Below are positions 10,552-21,074 of a stretch of DNA of 64,000 nucleotides, in pieces (within the stretch, counting starts at the first letter, position 1; every line of letters begins with the position of its first letter). Where the stretch lies: NCBI GenBank assembly GCA_024233835.1, contig JACKPC010000001.1, positions 1,349,442-1,413,441 on the forward strand. The letters are read 5' to 3'. The notes beneath the pieces are model-generated. The model searched no databases and was not told the DNA's origin. It was given only the letters and a program-made list of their open reading frames with translations. This stretch comes from Leptospiraceae bacterium (GTDB lineage: Bacteria > Spirochaetota > Leptospiria > Leptospirales > Leptospiraceae). The position numbers were made by a program, and so were the translations under genes.

Positions 10552-12108
10552 ATGACTAGTATCCAACAACGTGCAGAACTTCAGCGGCAAATCTGGCAAA
10601 TTGCTAACGATGTTCGAGGCTCAGTAGATGGCTGGGACTTTAAACAGTATGTCTTAGGCACGCTGTTTTATCGCTTTATAAGTGAAAATTTCGCAAACTA
10701 CATTGAAGGCGGAGATGAAAGTATTCACTATGCTGAGCTTTCTGATGATGTTATTACCGACGATATTAAAGACGATGCCATCAAAACGAAAGGCTATTTC
10801 ATCTATCCAAGTCAACTTTTTGAGAAGATAGTCGCGGGTGCGAATAATAACGAGAACCTAAACACGGATTTAGCCACTATATTTGCAGCAATAGAAAACT
10901 CCGCAAATGGCTATCCATCAGAAATGGACATCAAAGGTCTATTCGCTGATTTCGACACTACCAGTAACCGTCTGGGAAATACTGTTAAAGATAAAAACAC
11001 CCGCTTGGCTTCCGTATTAAAAGGAGTGGCAGGGCTAAAGTTTGGTCAATTTCAGGATAATCAAATTGACTTATTTGGCGATGCTTATGAATTTTTAATC
11101 TCAAACTATGCCGCCAATGCCGGTAAATCAGGCGGTGAGTTTTTTACTCCGCAAAACGTTTCCAAGCTGATTGCCCAACTTGCCATGCACAAGCAAGCCA
11201 GTGTCAACAAAATTTATGACCCTGCCTGTGGTTCCGGCTCCTTACTTTTGCAGGCGAAAAAGCATTTTGATAATCATATCATTGAAGATGGTTTCTTTGG
11301 TCAGGAAATTAACCATACCACTTACAACCTTGCACGCATGAATATGTTTTTGCATAATATCAATTACGATAAATTTAATATTCAACTGGGCAATACCCTA
11401 ATCGATCCGCATTTTAAGGATGAAAAACCCTTCGATGCCATAGTCTCGAATCCGCCTTATTCGGTGAAATGGATAGGTTCGGATGATCCAACCCTGATTA
11501 ACGATGAGCGCTTTGCCCCCGCCGGCGTTTTGGCGCCCAAGTCCAAAGCCGATTTTGCCTTTGTGCTCCATGCTTTGAGCTACCTTTCCAGCAAAGGTCG
11601 TGCTGCCATTGTTTGTTTCCCCGGTATTTTTTACCGCGGTGGTGCCGAACAGAAAATTCGTCAATATCTGATAGACAATAACTATGTGGAAACCGTGATC
11701 TCTCTGGCACCCAACTTATTTTTTGGTACTACCATCGCTGTGAATATCCTTGTGCTTTCCAAGCACAAAACCAACACCAACACCCAGTTTATAGATGCGA
11801 GCGGTGAAGATTTTTATAAAAAGGAAACCAATAATAATATATTAACCGATCACCATATTCAAAAGATTATGGATATGTTTGATAGCAAAAACGATGTGGA
11901 AAATATAGCCAAATTGATTCCTTTTGAGACTATTGCCGCTAATGATTATAATCTATCGGTGAGTAGCTATGTAGAAGCCAAAGATAACCGTGAGGTGATT
12001 GATATTACCAGGCTGAATGCTGAACTGAAAACCACCGTCAAAAAGATAGACCAGCTGCGAAAGGATATTGATGCAATTGTCGCCGAGATTGAGGGGAATG
12101 AAGCATGA
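10552..12108 (+). CDS. hsdM: Type I restriction-modification methyltransferase subunit HsdM (N6-adenine MTase).
   Basis: AdoMet motif I ([10 protein letters not shown]) and catalytic motif IV (NPPY) in the order typical of HsdM. The N-terminus matches the HsdM_N style ([31 protein letters not shown]). Confidence 0.9.
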   Translation: MTSIQQRAELQRQIWQIANDVRGSVDGWDFKQYVLGTLFYRFISENFANYIEGGDESIHYAELSDDVITDDIKDDAIKTKGYFIYPSQLFEKIVAGANNNENLNTDLATIFAAIENSANGYPSEMDIKGLFADFDTTSNRLGNTVKDKNTRLASVLKGVAGLKFGQFQDNQIDLFGDAYEFLISNYAANAGKSGGEFFTPQNVSKLIAQLAMHKQASVNKIYDPACGSGSLLLQAKKHFDNHIIEDGFFGQEINHTTYNLARMNMFLHNINYDKFNIQLGNTLIDPHFKDEKPFDAIVSNPPYSVKWIGSDDPTLINDERFAPAGVLAPKSKADFAFVLHALSYLSSKGRAAIVCFPGIFYRGGAEQKIRQYLIDNNYVETVISLAPNLFFGTTIAVNILVLSKHKTNTNTQFIDASGEDFYKKETNNNILTDHHIQKIMDMFDSKNDVENIAKLIPFETIAANDYNLSVSSYVEAKDNREVIDITRLNAELKTTVKKIDQLRKDIDAIVAEIEGNEA

Positions 12109-13103
12109 GTAATGTCATTATTTACACAACTGATGATGGCTCCACAAAAATCGATTTGCGTCTGGAAGACGGCACGGTCTGGCTGTCGCAACTGCAAATT
12201 GCCGAACTGTTTCAAACCAGCAAGCAAAATATCAGCAAACACATAAAGGCTATTTATGATGATCATGAGCTGTATGAGCAGGCAACTGTCAACCAGGAGT
12301 TGACAGTTCAAAAAGAAGGCAAACGTGAGGTTTCACGCGGCATTATCTTGTATAATCTCGATATGATTTTGGCTATCGGTTATCGTGTGCGTTCGCTGCG
12401 CGGTGTTCAATTCAGGCGCTATGCCTCCACGGTATTGAAAGAGTATCTCGAAAAGGGTTTTGCTCTCAACGATGAACGCTTGAAAAACCTCGGCGGCGGG
12501 AACTACTGGAAAGAGTTGCTCGACCGGATTCGCGATATTCGCTCCAGCGAAAAAGTGATGTACCGCCAGGTATTGGAACTCTACGCCACCGCCACTGATT
12601 ACGACCCCCAGAGCGAAGAGAGCCTGACGTTTTTCAAAATCGTACAAAACAAACTGCACTACGCTGCCCATGGTCATACTGCCAGCGAAGTCATCTACCT
12701 GCGGGTTGATAGCGACAAACCTTTTGCCGGTTTAAGCAACTTCAAGGGGAGCCAGCCAACACAAGCCGAAGCCATGATCGCCAAAAACTACCTCAGTGAG
12801 CAGGAATTACGGATACTGAACAACCTTGTCTCCGCCTATTTCGATTTGGCCGAATTAAACGCCATCGAAGAACGTGAAATGCGCATGGTCGATTATGTGC
12901 GTGAGTTGGACAATATCCTCAGTTCAACCGGACGTAAATTGCTCGACAATGCCGGCAACGTCTCTCATGATGCTGCCAAAGAAAAAGCAAAACTGGAATA
13001 TAAGAAATACAAGGCCAGAACGCTGGAAAACGTAGAAAAAGACTACCTGAAAACTATTGCCGCATTAGAAAAGCAGGCCAAAAAAGAGAGCCGTAAAAAA
13101 TGA
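12105..13103 (+). CDS. rhuM: RhuM-family protein (Virulence_RhuM) embedded in the Type I R-M operon.
   Basis: The N-terminal segment ([51 protein letters not shown]...[23 protein letters not shown]) matches the conserved RhuM signature as I recall it. Its ATGA overlaps with the hsdM stop and with the hsdS start. Confidence 0.75.
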   Translation: MSNVIIYTTDDGSTKIDLRLEDGTVWLSQLQIAELFQTSKQNISKHIKAIYDDHELYEQATVNQELTVQKEGKREVSRGIILYNLDMILAIGYRVRSLRGVQFRRYASTVLKEYLEKGFALNDERLKNLGGGNYWKELLDRIRDIRSSEKVMYRQVLELYATATDYDPQSEESLTFFKIVQNKLHYAAHGHTASEVIYLRVDSDKPFAGLSNFKGSQPTQAEAMIAKNYLSEQELRILNNLVSAYFDLAELNAIEEREMRMVDYVRELDNILSSTGRKLLDNAGNVSHDAAKEKAKLEYKKYKARTLENVEKDYLKTIAALEKQAKKESRKK

Positions 13104-14368
13104 GTAATTTAAGCTTTATGGAAAAGCTGCTGGATGGGGTTGAAGTGGAATGGAAGCAATTGGGAGAAGTAGGAGAATTTATTCGTGGTAACGGAATACT
13201 TAAAAAGGACTTAATTGATACTGGTTTTCCAGCCATTCATTATGGTCAACTTCATACTAAATATGGCTTATCAGCTGATAAAGCTTTTACTTGTGTGTCT
13301 CATGAGTTTGCTAAAAAATTAAGAAAAGCCATTAACAATGATCTATTGCTTGCAACAACATCAGAGAATGATGAGGATGTAGTAAAACCACTAGCATGGC
13401 TTGGAGATGAAGTTGCTATTTCTGGTGATATGATGTTGTTTAGACATGAACAAAATGTAAAGTATTTAGCCTATTATTTTGAAACAGAAGCATTCCAAGA
13501 ACAAAAAAGGAAGTACATTAATGGGGCGAAAGTTCGTAGGGTTTCGAAAGATAGTTTAATTAAAATTCAAATCCCCATTCCCTGTCCCGATAATCCCGAA
13601 AAATCTCTCAAAATCCAAGCTGAAATCGTCCGCATTCTGGACGCGTTCACCGAACTTACCACCGAACTTACCACCGAACTTACCACCGAACTTACCTTGC
13701 GGAAAAAACAATACAACTACTATCGAGAGCAGCTATTTTCTTTTGATAAAGAGGACGTTATACACTTACCAATGGGACAAGAGGGTGTTGGTGATTTTAT
13801 TCGAGGTAGTGGGTTACTGAAAAAAGATTTTACCAAAACGGGTGTTGGCTGTATTCATTATGGTCAGATTCACACATATTACGGTACATATACAGATCAA
13901 ACTAAAACATTTGTTTCAGAAGATTTTGCTAAAAAAGCTCGCAGAGCAAAATCAGGCGATTTGGTTATAGCCACAACAAGTGAGAACGACGATGATGTTT
14001 GTAAAGCCGTCGCTTGGATTGGTGAAGGAGAGATTGCCGTTAGTAGTGATGCATGTTTCTATAGGCATACTTTGAACCCCAAATATGTGTCTTATTTTTT
14101 CCAAACAGAGCAGTTTAATAAACAAAAAAGACAGTATATTACGGGTGCAAAAGTAAGGCGAGTAAACGCTGATAATTTAGCCAAAATACTAATCCCCATA
14201 CCTTCACCAGATGAACAAGCCCGAATAGTCACTATCCTCGACAAATTTGAAGCCCTCACCAACTCTATCACCGAAGGCTTACCCCGCGAAATTGATTTAC
14301 GACAAAAGCAATATGAGTATTACCGCGATTTACTGTTGAGTTTCCCCAAGCCGGAGGTAAATGCCTAG
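13100..14368 (+). CDS. hsdS: Type I R-M specificity subunit HsdS with two homologous target-recognition domains.
   Basis: Two TRD-like halves are separated by the conserved central helix ([16 protein letters not shown]) and followed by the distal conserved helix ([16 protein letters not shown]). A TELT x4 repeat lies in the central conserved region. Confidence 0.85.
   Translation: MSNLSFMEKLLDGVEVEWKQLGEVGEFIRGNGILKKDLIDTGFPAIHYGQLHTKYGLSADKAFTCVSHEFAKKLRKAINNDLLLATTSENDEDVVKPLAWLGDEVAISGDMMLFRHEQNVKYLAYYFETEAFQEQKRKYINGAKVRRVSKDSLIKIQIPIPCPDNPEKSLKIQAEIVRILDAFTELTTELTTELTTELTLRKKQYNYYREQLFSFDKEDVIHLPMGQEGVGDFIRGSGLLKKDFTKTGVGCIHYGQIHTYYGTYTDQTKTFVSEDFAKKARRAKSGDLVIATTSENDDDVCKAVAWIGEGEIAVSSDACFYRHTLNPKYVSYFFQTEQFNKQKRQYITGAKVRRVNADNLAKILIPIPSPDEQARIVTILDKFEALTNSITEGLPREIDLRQKQYEYYRDLLLSFPKPEVNA
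13648..13695 (+). repeat. 12-bp x4 tandem repeat (caccgaacttac) encoding [16 protein letters not shown] in the HsdS central conserved region.
   Basis: Read directly in the sequence. It is in frame and sits between the two TRDs. Confidence 0.9.
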
Positions 14369-15482
14369 TATGAGTCAGACGTTAATAAAAATTGCACAAA
14401 AGTTAAAAACAAACAACAAAAAAGTGCAGCTCATCTATGCTTTTAACGGCACGGGGAAAACACGCCTTTCGCGGGAATTTAAGCAGTTAATCGCTCCTAC
14501 AAGTGATGGTGATGAAGCAGAACTTTCACCGAGAAAAATCCTGTATTATAATGCTTTTACAGAAGACCTATTTTATTGGGACAACGATTTAAGACAGGAT
14601 ACAGAACCCAAATTAAAGATTCAGCCAAATTCCTTTACCGATTGGATACTGAAAGATCAGGGACAAGATCGAAATATTATTACAAACTTCCAACGTTATA
14701 CAAATGATAAACTAACACCTCTTTTTATTGATGACTTTACTGCGGTGAGTTTTTCTCTTGAACGCGGAGATGATGCAAGTTCAGGAAATCTAAAAATCTC
14801 CAAAGGAGAAGAAAGCGTCTTTATCTGGAGTGTTTTTTTTACCTTACTCGAACAGGTCATTAGTATTTTAAATGTTGCCGAACCCATTGAACGGGAGACA
14901 GATCAGTTCAATCAATTGGAATACATTTTTGTTGATGATCCTGTAAGCTCTTTAGATGAAAACCATTTGATTGAATTGGCGGTACAATTAGGAGCTTTGA
15001 TTACATCCAGTAGCTCAACTTTAAAGTTTATAATCACGACTCATAATCCGCTTTTCTATAATGTATTATTCAATGAGCTAAAGACGAAAGGGTGTTATAT
15101 GCTATTAAAAAATGAGGATGGAACGTTTCAGTTAGATGAAAAACATGGGGATTCAAATAAGAGTTTTTCTTATCACTTATATTTAAAACAGACCATCGAG
15201 GAAGCCATTGAAGGAAATAAAATTCAAAGATACCATTTTATGTTATTACGTAATTTATATGAAAAAACAGCAAGCTTTCTTGGCTACCCCAGATGGTCTG
15301 AATTATTGCCGGGTGACAAGCAAGCTTATTTAAATCGCATCATTCAGTTTACCAGCCATCGCACCTTATCGAATGAAGAAGTTGCCGAACCAAGCGAACC
15401 GGAAAAGCAAACCGTTAAGTTTTTACTAAATAATTTAATTAGTAACTATGGCTTTTGGCAGCAAGGAGAAAATAATGGTTAA
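14361..15482 (+). CDS. PrrC-like anticodon-nuclease candidate (N-terminal ABC-type ATPase, C-terminal nuclease-like region).
   Basis: Walker A ([11 protein letters not shown]) and Walker B / D-loop ([14 protein letters not shown]). The C-terminal LLRNLYE...FTSHR gives Arg, then Glu at +4, then His at +36. This is the same spacing as the PrrC Arg320/Glu324/His356 ACNase triad as I recall it. The position between hsdS and hsdR matches the prrA-prrB-prrC-prrD arrangement. The start may instead be the ATG at 14370, which has a GGAGGT RBS. Confidence 0.55.
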   Translation: MPSMSQTLIKIAQKLKTNNKKVQLIYAFNGTGKTRLSREFKQLIAPTSDGDEAELSPRKILYYNAFTEDLFYWDNDLRQDTEPKLKIQPNSFTDWILKDQGQDRNIITNFQRYTNDKLTPLFIDDFTAVSFSLERGDDASSGNLKISKGEESVFIWSVFFTLLEQVISILNVAEPIERETDQFNQLEYIFVDDPVSSLDENHLIELAVQLGALITSSSSTLKFIITTHNPLFYNVLFNELKTKGCYMLLKNEDGTFQLDEKHGDSNKSFSYHLYLKQTIEEAIEGNKIQRYHFMLLRNLYEKTASFLGYPRWSELLPGDKQAYLNRIIQFTSHRTLSNEEVAEPSEPEKQTVKFLLNNLISNYGFWQQGENNG

Positions 15483-18400
15483 ATCCACAAAGCCCATCGT
15501 AGAATCAAAAAACTTTATCGTCTTAGACAAATACACAAGTGAATGGCAGGTCAATCAAAGCTACCAGAGTGAAAGTGATTTAGAAAGGGAGCTGCTCGAA
15601 GATCTAAAAAATCAGGGCTATGAAATTCTAACAGAAATAAACTCTACCGAAAAAATGCTGGCAAATGTACGGAAACAACTACAAAACTTAAATCATGTTC
15701 AATTTTCAGAAAGTGAATGGTCACGCTTTGTAGAACAATATTTAGATAAGCCGAGCGATACCATAGTCGAAAAAACCCGAAAAATTCATGATGACTATAT
15801 TTATGACTTTGTCTTCGATGATGGCCATATCGAAAACATTTATCTTATAGATAAAAAAAACATCTTACGCAATCACTGCCAGGTGATAAACCAGTTCGAA
15901 CAAACCGGAATGCAGACAAATCGCTATGACGTCACGATCCTAATTAATGGATTGCCACTGGTGCAAATTGAGCTAAAAAAACGTGGTGTTGCCATTCGGG
16001 AAGCCTTCAACCAGGTACACCGTTACAGCAAAGAGAGCTTTAACAGCGAACATTCATTATATAAGTATTTACAAATATTTATAATTTCTAATGGTACAGA
16101 TACTCGCTATTTTGCGAATACAACCAAGCGCGATAAAAACAGTTTTGATTTTACCATGAATTGGGCAAAGGCTGATAATACATTAATTAAAGACTTAAAA
16201 GACTTTACAGCCACGTTTTTTCAAAAAAACACTTTATTGAATGTCCTCATCCAGTATTCGGTATTTGATGTAAACAATACCCTACTTGTTATGCGTCCCT
16301 ACCAAATTGCAGCTACCGAGCGTATATTATGGAAGATCAAAAGTTCCTACCAGGCTAAAAACTGGAGTAAGACAGAAAGTGGTGGCTTTATCTGGCATAC
16401 CACAGGCTCAGGAAAAACCCTAACCAGTTTTAAAGCAGCACGGTTAGCTACAGAATTAGATTTTATTGATAAAGTGTTCTTTGTCGTTGATCGTAAAGAC
16501 CTCGATTACCAGACGATGAAAGAATACCAGCGTTTTTCACCGGATAGTGTGAATGGTTCGGAAAGTACCGCAGGATTAAAACGTAATCTGGAAAAAGAAG
16601 ACAATAAAATCATTGTTACCACGATTCAAAAACTCAACAACTTAATGAAAAGTGAAAATGATTTACCTATTTATCAGAAACAAGTTGTGTTTATATTTGA
16701 TGAAGCACACCGTAGCCAATTTGGTGAAGCACAAAAAAATCTAAAGAAAAAGTTCAAAAAGTACTACCAATTTGGCTTTACCGGTACGCCGATTTTTCCA
16801 CAAAATGCCTTGGGTGCCGATACCACTGCCAGTGTATTTGGTAGAGAACTACATTCTTACGTCATCACCGATGCCATTCGGGATGAAAAAGTATTGAAGT
16901 TTAAAGTGGACTATAATGATGTGCGCCCAAAGTTCAAAACGATTGAAACAGAACAAGATGAGAAGAAGCTAAGTGCTGCCGAAAACAAACAAGCATTTTT
17001 GCACCCCGAACGTATTCGTGAGATTTCTCGATACATATTAAATCACTTCAAACAAAAAACACACCGACTCCACACGGGTAGCAAAGGTTTTAATGCGATG
17101 TTTGCGGTGAGTAGTGTGGATGCAGCCAAGTCATACTATGAAGCTTTTAAAAAATCCCAAAAGGAAGCTGAAAGAAATAAACCTCTCATCATTGCTACAA
17201 TCTTTTCCTTTGTTGCCAATGAAGAACAGGATGCCGTCGGAGAAATATCCGATGAAAGCTTTGAAGTCTCGGCTATGGAAAGCAGTGCAAAAGAATTTTT
17301 ACGTGCAGCAATTGACGATTATAACACAGCATTCAAAACCAATTTTACTGTAGATAGCAATGGCTTTCAAAACTATTATCGCGACCTTGCGAAGCGTGTT
17401 AAAAATATGGAAGTAGATCTGCTGATTGTTGTAGGAATGTTTTTAACAGGCTTTGATGCCCCCACATTGAATACATTATTTGTGGATAAAAACCTACGTT
17501 ACCACGGCTTAATACAAGCCTATTCCCGTACCAATCGAATTTATGATGCAACAAAGACCTTTGGAAATATCGTTACCTTTCGGGATTTGGAAAAAGCTAC
17601 AATTGATGCAATTACTTTATTTGGTGATAAAAATACGAAAAATATTGTATTAGAAAAAAGCTATAAAGAATATATGGAAGGTTTTACTGATTTGGTAACC
17701 GGAGAAGCTCGTCGTGGTTATTTGGAAGTAGTATCAGAACTGCAAAGACGTTTTCCAAAACCTGATGAGATCATTAAAGAACAGGATAAAAAAGACTTTG
17801 TAAAATTATTCGGTGAATATTTGCGCGTTGAAAATGTATTACAAAACTACGATGAATTTGCCGGACTAAAAGCCCTGCAAAATGTAGATATGGATGATCC
17901 GGAAGCTGTTGAAGAATTTAAAGCTAAATATTATTTGAACGATGAAGACTTAAATACGATGCAAACGATAGAGGTACCGGCAGAAAGAACGATCCAAGAT
18001 TATCGTTCCGTTTATAACGATACTCGCGATTGGTTACGTCGCCAAAGAGCCGGAGACGAAAAAGAACCTTCGAGCATTGATTGGGATGATGTGGTTTTTG
18101 AAGTGGACTTGCTTAAATCCCAAGAAATCAATCTTGATTACATTCTGGAATTAATTTTTGAACATAACAAGAAAAACAAAAATAAAGCGGAGTTAATTGA
18201 AGAAGTTCGTCGTTTGATTCGAGCCAGTTTAGGTAATCGGGCTAAAGAAAGTTTAATTGTTGATTTTATAAATCAAACAAACCTGGATGAAATTATAGAT
18301 AAGGCAAGTATTATTGAAGCTTTCTTTTCCTTTGCACAGGCAGAACAAAAACGGGAAGCGGATGAGCTTATTCGTTCAGAAAATCTAAATGAAGATGCGG

Positions 18401-18582
18401 CTAAACGTTATATCCTAACATCATTGAAAAGAGAATATGCCAGCGAACATGGAACCGAGCTAAACTCCACTCTCCCCAAGATGAGTCCACTCAATCCCCA
18501 ATACAAAACCAAAAAGCAAAATGTTTTTAAGAAAATATCCGATTTTGTAGAAAAGTTTAAGGGTGTAGGTGGCAAATTATGA
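15475..18582 (+). CDS. hsdR: Type I restriction enzyme R subunit HsdR (SF2 helicase/translocase).
   Basis: Helicase motif I ([10 protein letters not shown]) and motif II DEAH box ([10 protein letters not shown]), with a ~1040-aa length. I chose the ATG at 15475 with the GGAGAAAATAATG RBS, which overlaps the upstream stop. The ORF track offers an earlier in-frame start at 15448. Confidence 0.9.
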   Translation: MVKSTKPIVESKNFIVLDKYTSEWQVNQSYQSESDLERELLEDLKNQGYEILTEINSTEKMLANVRKQLQNLNHVQFSESEWSRFVEQYLDKPSDTIVEKTRKIHDDYIYDFVFDDGHIENIYLIDKKNILRNHCQVINQFEQTGMQTNRYDVTILINGLPLVQIELKKRGVAIREAFNQVHRYSKESFNSEHSLYKYLQIFIISNGTDTRYFANTTKRDKNSFDFTMNWAKADNTLIKDLKDFTATFFQKNTLLNVLIQYSVFDVNNTLLVMRPYQIAATERILWKIKSSYQAKNWSKTESGGFIWHTTGSGKTLTSFKAARLATELDFIDKVFFVVDRKDLDYQTMKEYQRFSPDSVNGSESTAGLKRNLEKEDNKIIVTTIQKLNNLMKSENDLPIYQKQVVFIFDEAHRSQFGEAQKNLKKKFKKYYQFGFTGTPIFPQNALGADTTASVFGRELHSYVITDAIRDEKVLKFKVDYNDVRPKFKTIETEQDEKKLSAAENKQAFLHPERIREISRYILNHFKQKTHRLHTGSKGFNAMFAVSSVDAAKSYYEAFKKSQKEAERNKPLIIATIFSFVANEEQDAVGEISDESFEVSAMESSAKEFLRAAIDDYNTAFKTNFTVDSNGFQNYYRDLAKRVKNMEVDLLIVVGMFLTGFDAPTLNTLFVDKNLRYHGLIQAYSRTNRIYDATKTFGNIVTFRDLEKATIDAITLFGDKNTKNIVLEKSYKEYMEGFTDLVTGEARRGYLEVVSELQRRFPKPDEIIKEQDKKDFVKLFGEYLRVENVLQNYDEFAGLKALQNVDMDDPEAVEEFKAKYYLNDEDLNTMQTIEVPAERTIQDYRSVYNDTRDWLRRQRAGDEKEPSSIDWDDVVFEVDLLKSQEINLDYILELIFEHNKKNKNKAELIEEVRRLIRASLGNRAKESLIVDFINQTNLDEIIDKASIIEAFFSFAQAEQKREADELIRSENLNEDAAKRYILTSLKREYASEHGTELNSTLPKMSPLNPQYKTKKQNVFKKISDFVEKFKGVGGKL

Positions 18583-18610
18583 AGCACTATATTGATATTG
18601 AGAGATTGCT

Positions 18611-18928
18611 GTGAAAAAGAAAAAAGTTCCGAATCCACATGGAAAGTTGGGTAGTCCAAAGCATCGAGAAAAAGTGAATGAAGTGGCAAAAGATATAGAA
18701 AAAAGAGGCTTTCTTGCAAGGCTAGAATATTTCATCCAATTAGTTAGTGGTAAAAAAAGGTATGTGGATGTAGCAGCTCTCGATTATAATCTGGATGAAA
18801 AAGAGTTTCACCAAATTGGAAAGCAAACTAAATCTGGGATACCAGTTAAAAGAGAAAGAGATGCAATAGAGGAAGTATACCAAGCAAAAGGAATTAAACC
18901 TCAATTTCATCCTTATAACAAGGAATAA
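18611..18928 (+). CDS. Hypothetical small basic protein (105 aa) with a GTG start and no Met.
   Basis: The ORF opens immediately after an in-frame stop, and the only available start is GTG at 18611. The N-terminus is Lys-rich (MKKKKVPNPHGKLGSPKHREK). The downstream ORF begins 4 nt after its stop. Confidence 0.35.
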   Translation: MKKKKVPNPHGKLGSPKHREKVNEVAKDIEKRGFLARLEYFIQLVSGKKRYVDVAALDYNLDEKEFHQIGKQTKSGIPVKRERDAIEEVYQAKGIKPQFHPYNKE

Positions 18929-18931
18929 ACA

Positions 18932-19459
18932 ATGAAAGGAAAACAAATAAACTTTTTCTTGACTCCGGAAGATGTAAAAGAATTGGATAAATATTTATCT
19001 GAAAATGAATTCGTGATTATTCCCCAGCCATTGTACAAAAATAAAATAGAGCTTATAGATTCGCTCCTATATTCTCCAGACAATGGAGAGAAAATACGTC
19101 CTGAAAAATATATAGTTTCTAAAAATGATTTGGAAAATATAGAGTTATCATACATTGATACACATAGGTATCATTTGATTGGATTGAATGATAAAAATCC
19201 TGCAATCGAATTCACATATATATCAAAAGCTCCGGAAGATAAAAAAATAAAAAGAGGCAGACTTTATTATACAGATGTATTTTATGATAATAGTGAACTG
19301 AGAAAAAAAAACGAACGTTTTACTGAATCAGCAAAAAATCTTTTTACATGGTTTAAAAAAATGTTTAATGATACAACTTTATCCGGTTATAAAGGGTATC
19401 AAATTTCCGCAAAAGCGGCGGAATGGAAGAAAAGCACAGGTGGAATATTAGAAATTTAA
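18932..19459 (+). CDS. Hypothetical protein (175 aa).
   Basis: ORF tightly coupled to the upstream small ORF. No recognisable motifs. Confidence 0.4.
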   Translation: MKGKQINFFLTPEDVKELDKYLSENEFVIIPQPLYKNKIELIDSLLYSPDNGEKIRPEKYIVSKNDLENIELSYIDTHRYHLIGLNDKNPAIEFTYISKAPEDKKIKRGRLYYTDVFYDNSELRKKNERFTESAKNLFTWFKKMFNDTTLSGYKGYQISAKAAEWKKSTGGILEI

Positions 19460-19492
19460 AATAATAGGGAATATATATACAGGAATACAGAA

Positions 19493-20305
19493 ATGGCTTA
19501 TAAAGACTTATATTACCAATTATTAAAAAAAGAGAATTTAGAAATTCTAAAAAACATTTTTGAAAAAGAAGATATTTTAAAATTTCTTAAAGTAAAAAAA
19601 GTTGAGTTACTTACACAAAATGAAATGCCATATATACTTTTTACCAGTGATTTCGACTACTATCATGCTGCTCAATATTTTGGTCTAATAATTGATATTA
19701 GAAATATTATTAAGGATTATGAACAAGAAAACTTTTATTTACCGGTTATAAGCTTTTCTGACAGTCACCCGGAAGTTATTCAAAACTTAATAAACCAAGA
19801 AATTTCGATCCAACATGAACTAATTCATATTAAAGATTTTTTTAATATCTTAGATAAAAATCCAGATTATACTGGAGACTTAATGAGATATGGTCTTTTC
19901 TTCGAAGTAAAGAATGAGGATCTTGAAAAATCTATTGATTTTGAAGTAAGAAAATTATTTTTAATTGAACCTAATGGATTAACCCATGATTATAATAATA
20001 ATGAACGTTTGATATATGATCAGTTTATGGGACGATTGATGAAATATTCATGCAGCACTTTAGAAGAATATCTGCAAATGAAAATGCTTACTTATATAGA
20101 TGAGATTAAATCGTTATTCAAGAATAAATTTAAAAATGAAAATGAAAGAATAGAAACTGAATTTGAAAAAAGTATAAACAAGTATGGAACAGGAATCTTT
20201 AATGATAATCCATATCAAAATTATAAATCTCTTAAAGAAGGATATTCTTCAAAGTTATTAAGTTACACTATATCTTCGATGAAAGAAGATAGTCATGGAA
20301 GATGA
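19493..20305 (+). CDS. Hypothetical protein with an HExxH motif (possible Zn-metallopeptidase-like).
   Basis: 270-aa ORF containing QHELIHIKD (HELIH). Confidence 0.4.
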   Translation: MAYKDLYYQLLKKENLEILKNIFEKEDILKFLKVKKVELLTQNEMPYILFTSDFDYYHAAQYFGLIIDIRNIIKDYEQENFYLPVISFSDSHPEVIQNLINQEISIQHELIHIKDFFNILDKNPDYTGDLMRYGLFFEVKNEDLEKSIDFEVRKLFLIEPNGLTHDYNNNERLIYDQFMGRLMKYSCSTLEEYLQMKMLTYIDEIKSLFKNKFKNENERIETEFEKSINKYGTGIFNDNPYQNYKSLKEGYSSKLLSYTISSMKEDSHGR

Positions 20306-20585
20306 GCTACAATTTGGTATGGCTACCATTGAGCCTTCGGAATTGAAGATATGCAGGAATATGAAGAATACGGAGAAGTGCTTATCAATTATTGATACCT
20401 GAACCCACCCAGGCCGCCTTTTTATACCTCTTCTATAAATTTGACATTGGTCTTAAGACCCTCAATTTCAGCTTTTCTTTTTTCTGTAAAGCGGCATAAT
20501 TGACCATTATGCAGATCGCCAATCCTATCTATGATGTAGCATTTCGCTATCTGATGGGAGACGAAAGAAAAGGGAGAGTTTTACA

Positions 20586-20756
20586 ATGGATATTTTTACT
20601 TTAATTTTATTTGTTTGGAGTATCACACTGGCCGTTTATTTCATTGTTGTTGGCTCTGTTGGTTTAATTACAGAGAAGTTCGACTCTAAAAATAGAAAAA
20701 TCGCTGTTTTGGAGGAAAGAATCAGGAATTTGGAAGTAAACCTAAAGAATAAATGA
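20586..20756 (+). CDS. Small single-transmembrane protein (56 aa), candidate.
   Basis: MDIFTLILFVWSITLAVYFIVVGSVGLI, then a charged coiled tail. Its stop overlaps the next small ORF's start (ATGA). Confidence 0.3.
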   Translation: MDIFTLILFVWSITLAVYFIVVGSVGLITEKFDSKNRKIAVLEERIRNLEVNLKNK

Positions 20757-20926
20757 TTAGCAATAAGAAATTATATATTCTAATAGGAGCACTTTATCTT
20801 TCATTGGGTCTGGCCTTATTACAGACATTTGGAAACTTAAAAGATTATATCCAACTGATCGTTTTCATCTTAAACGTACTTGCAAGTATTTTTGCAATTA
20901 TTGATTTTTTAACAAGAAAAAAGTAG
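20753..20926 (+). CDS. Small two-transmembrane protein (57 aa), candidate.
   Basis: MISNKKLYILIGALYLSLGLALL...LIVFILNVLASIFAIIDFL. Translationally coupled to the previous ORF. Confidence 0.3.
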   Translation: MISNKKLYILIGALYLSLGLALLQTFGNLKDYIQLIVFILNVLASIFAIIDFLTRKK

Positions 20927-21074
20927 GTGATAGTGGGGCTTTACTCGGCCTTCGGGCTGGTTGATTTTAATGGAGGAATCATCGGAGACTGAGTAGCGAA
21001 GCCGGAGAGCCGGAGGAAGGGAACTTGATACCTACATTCCAAATCTACTTGACTCATAAAAACCAGAGGTTGAA

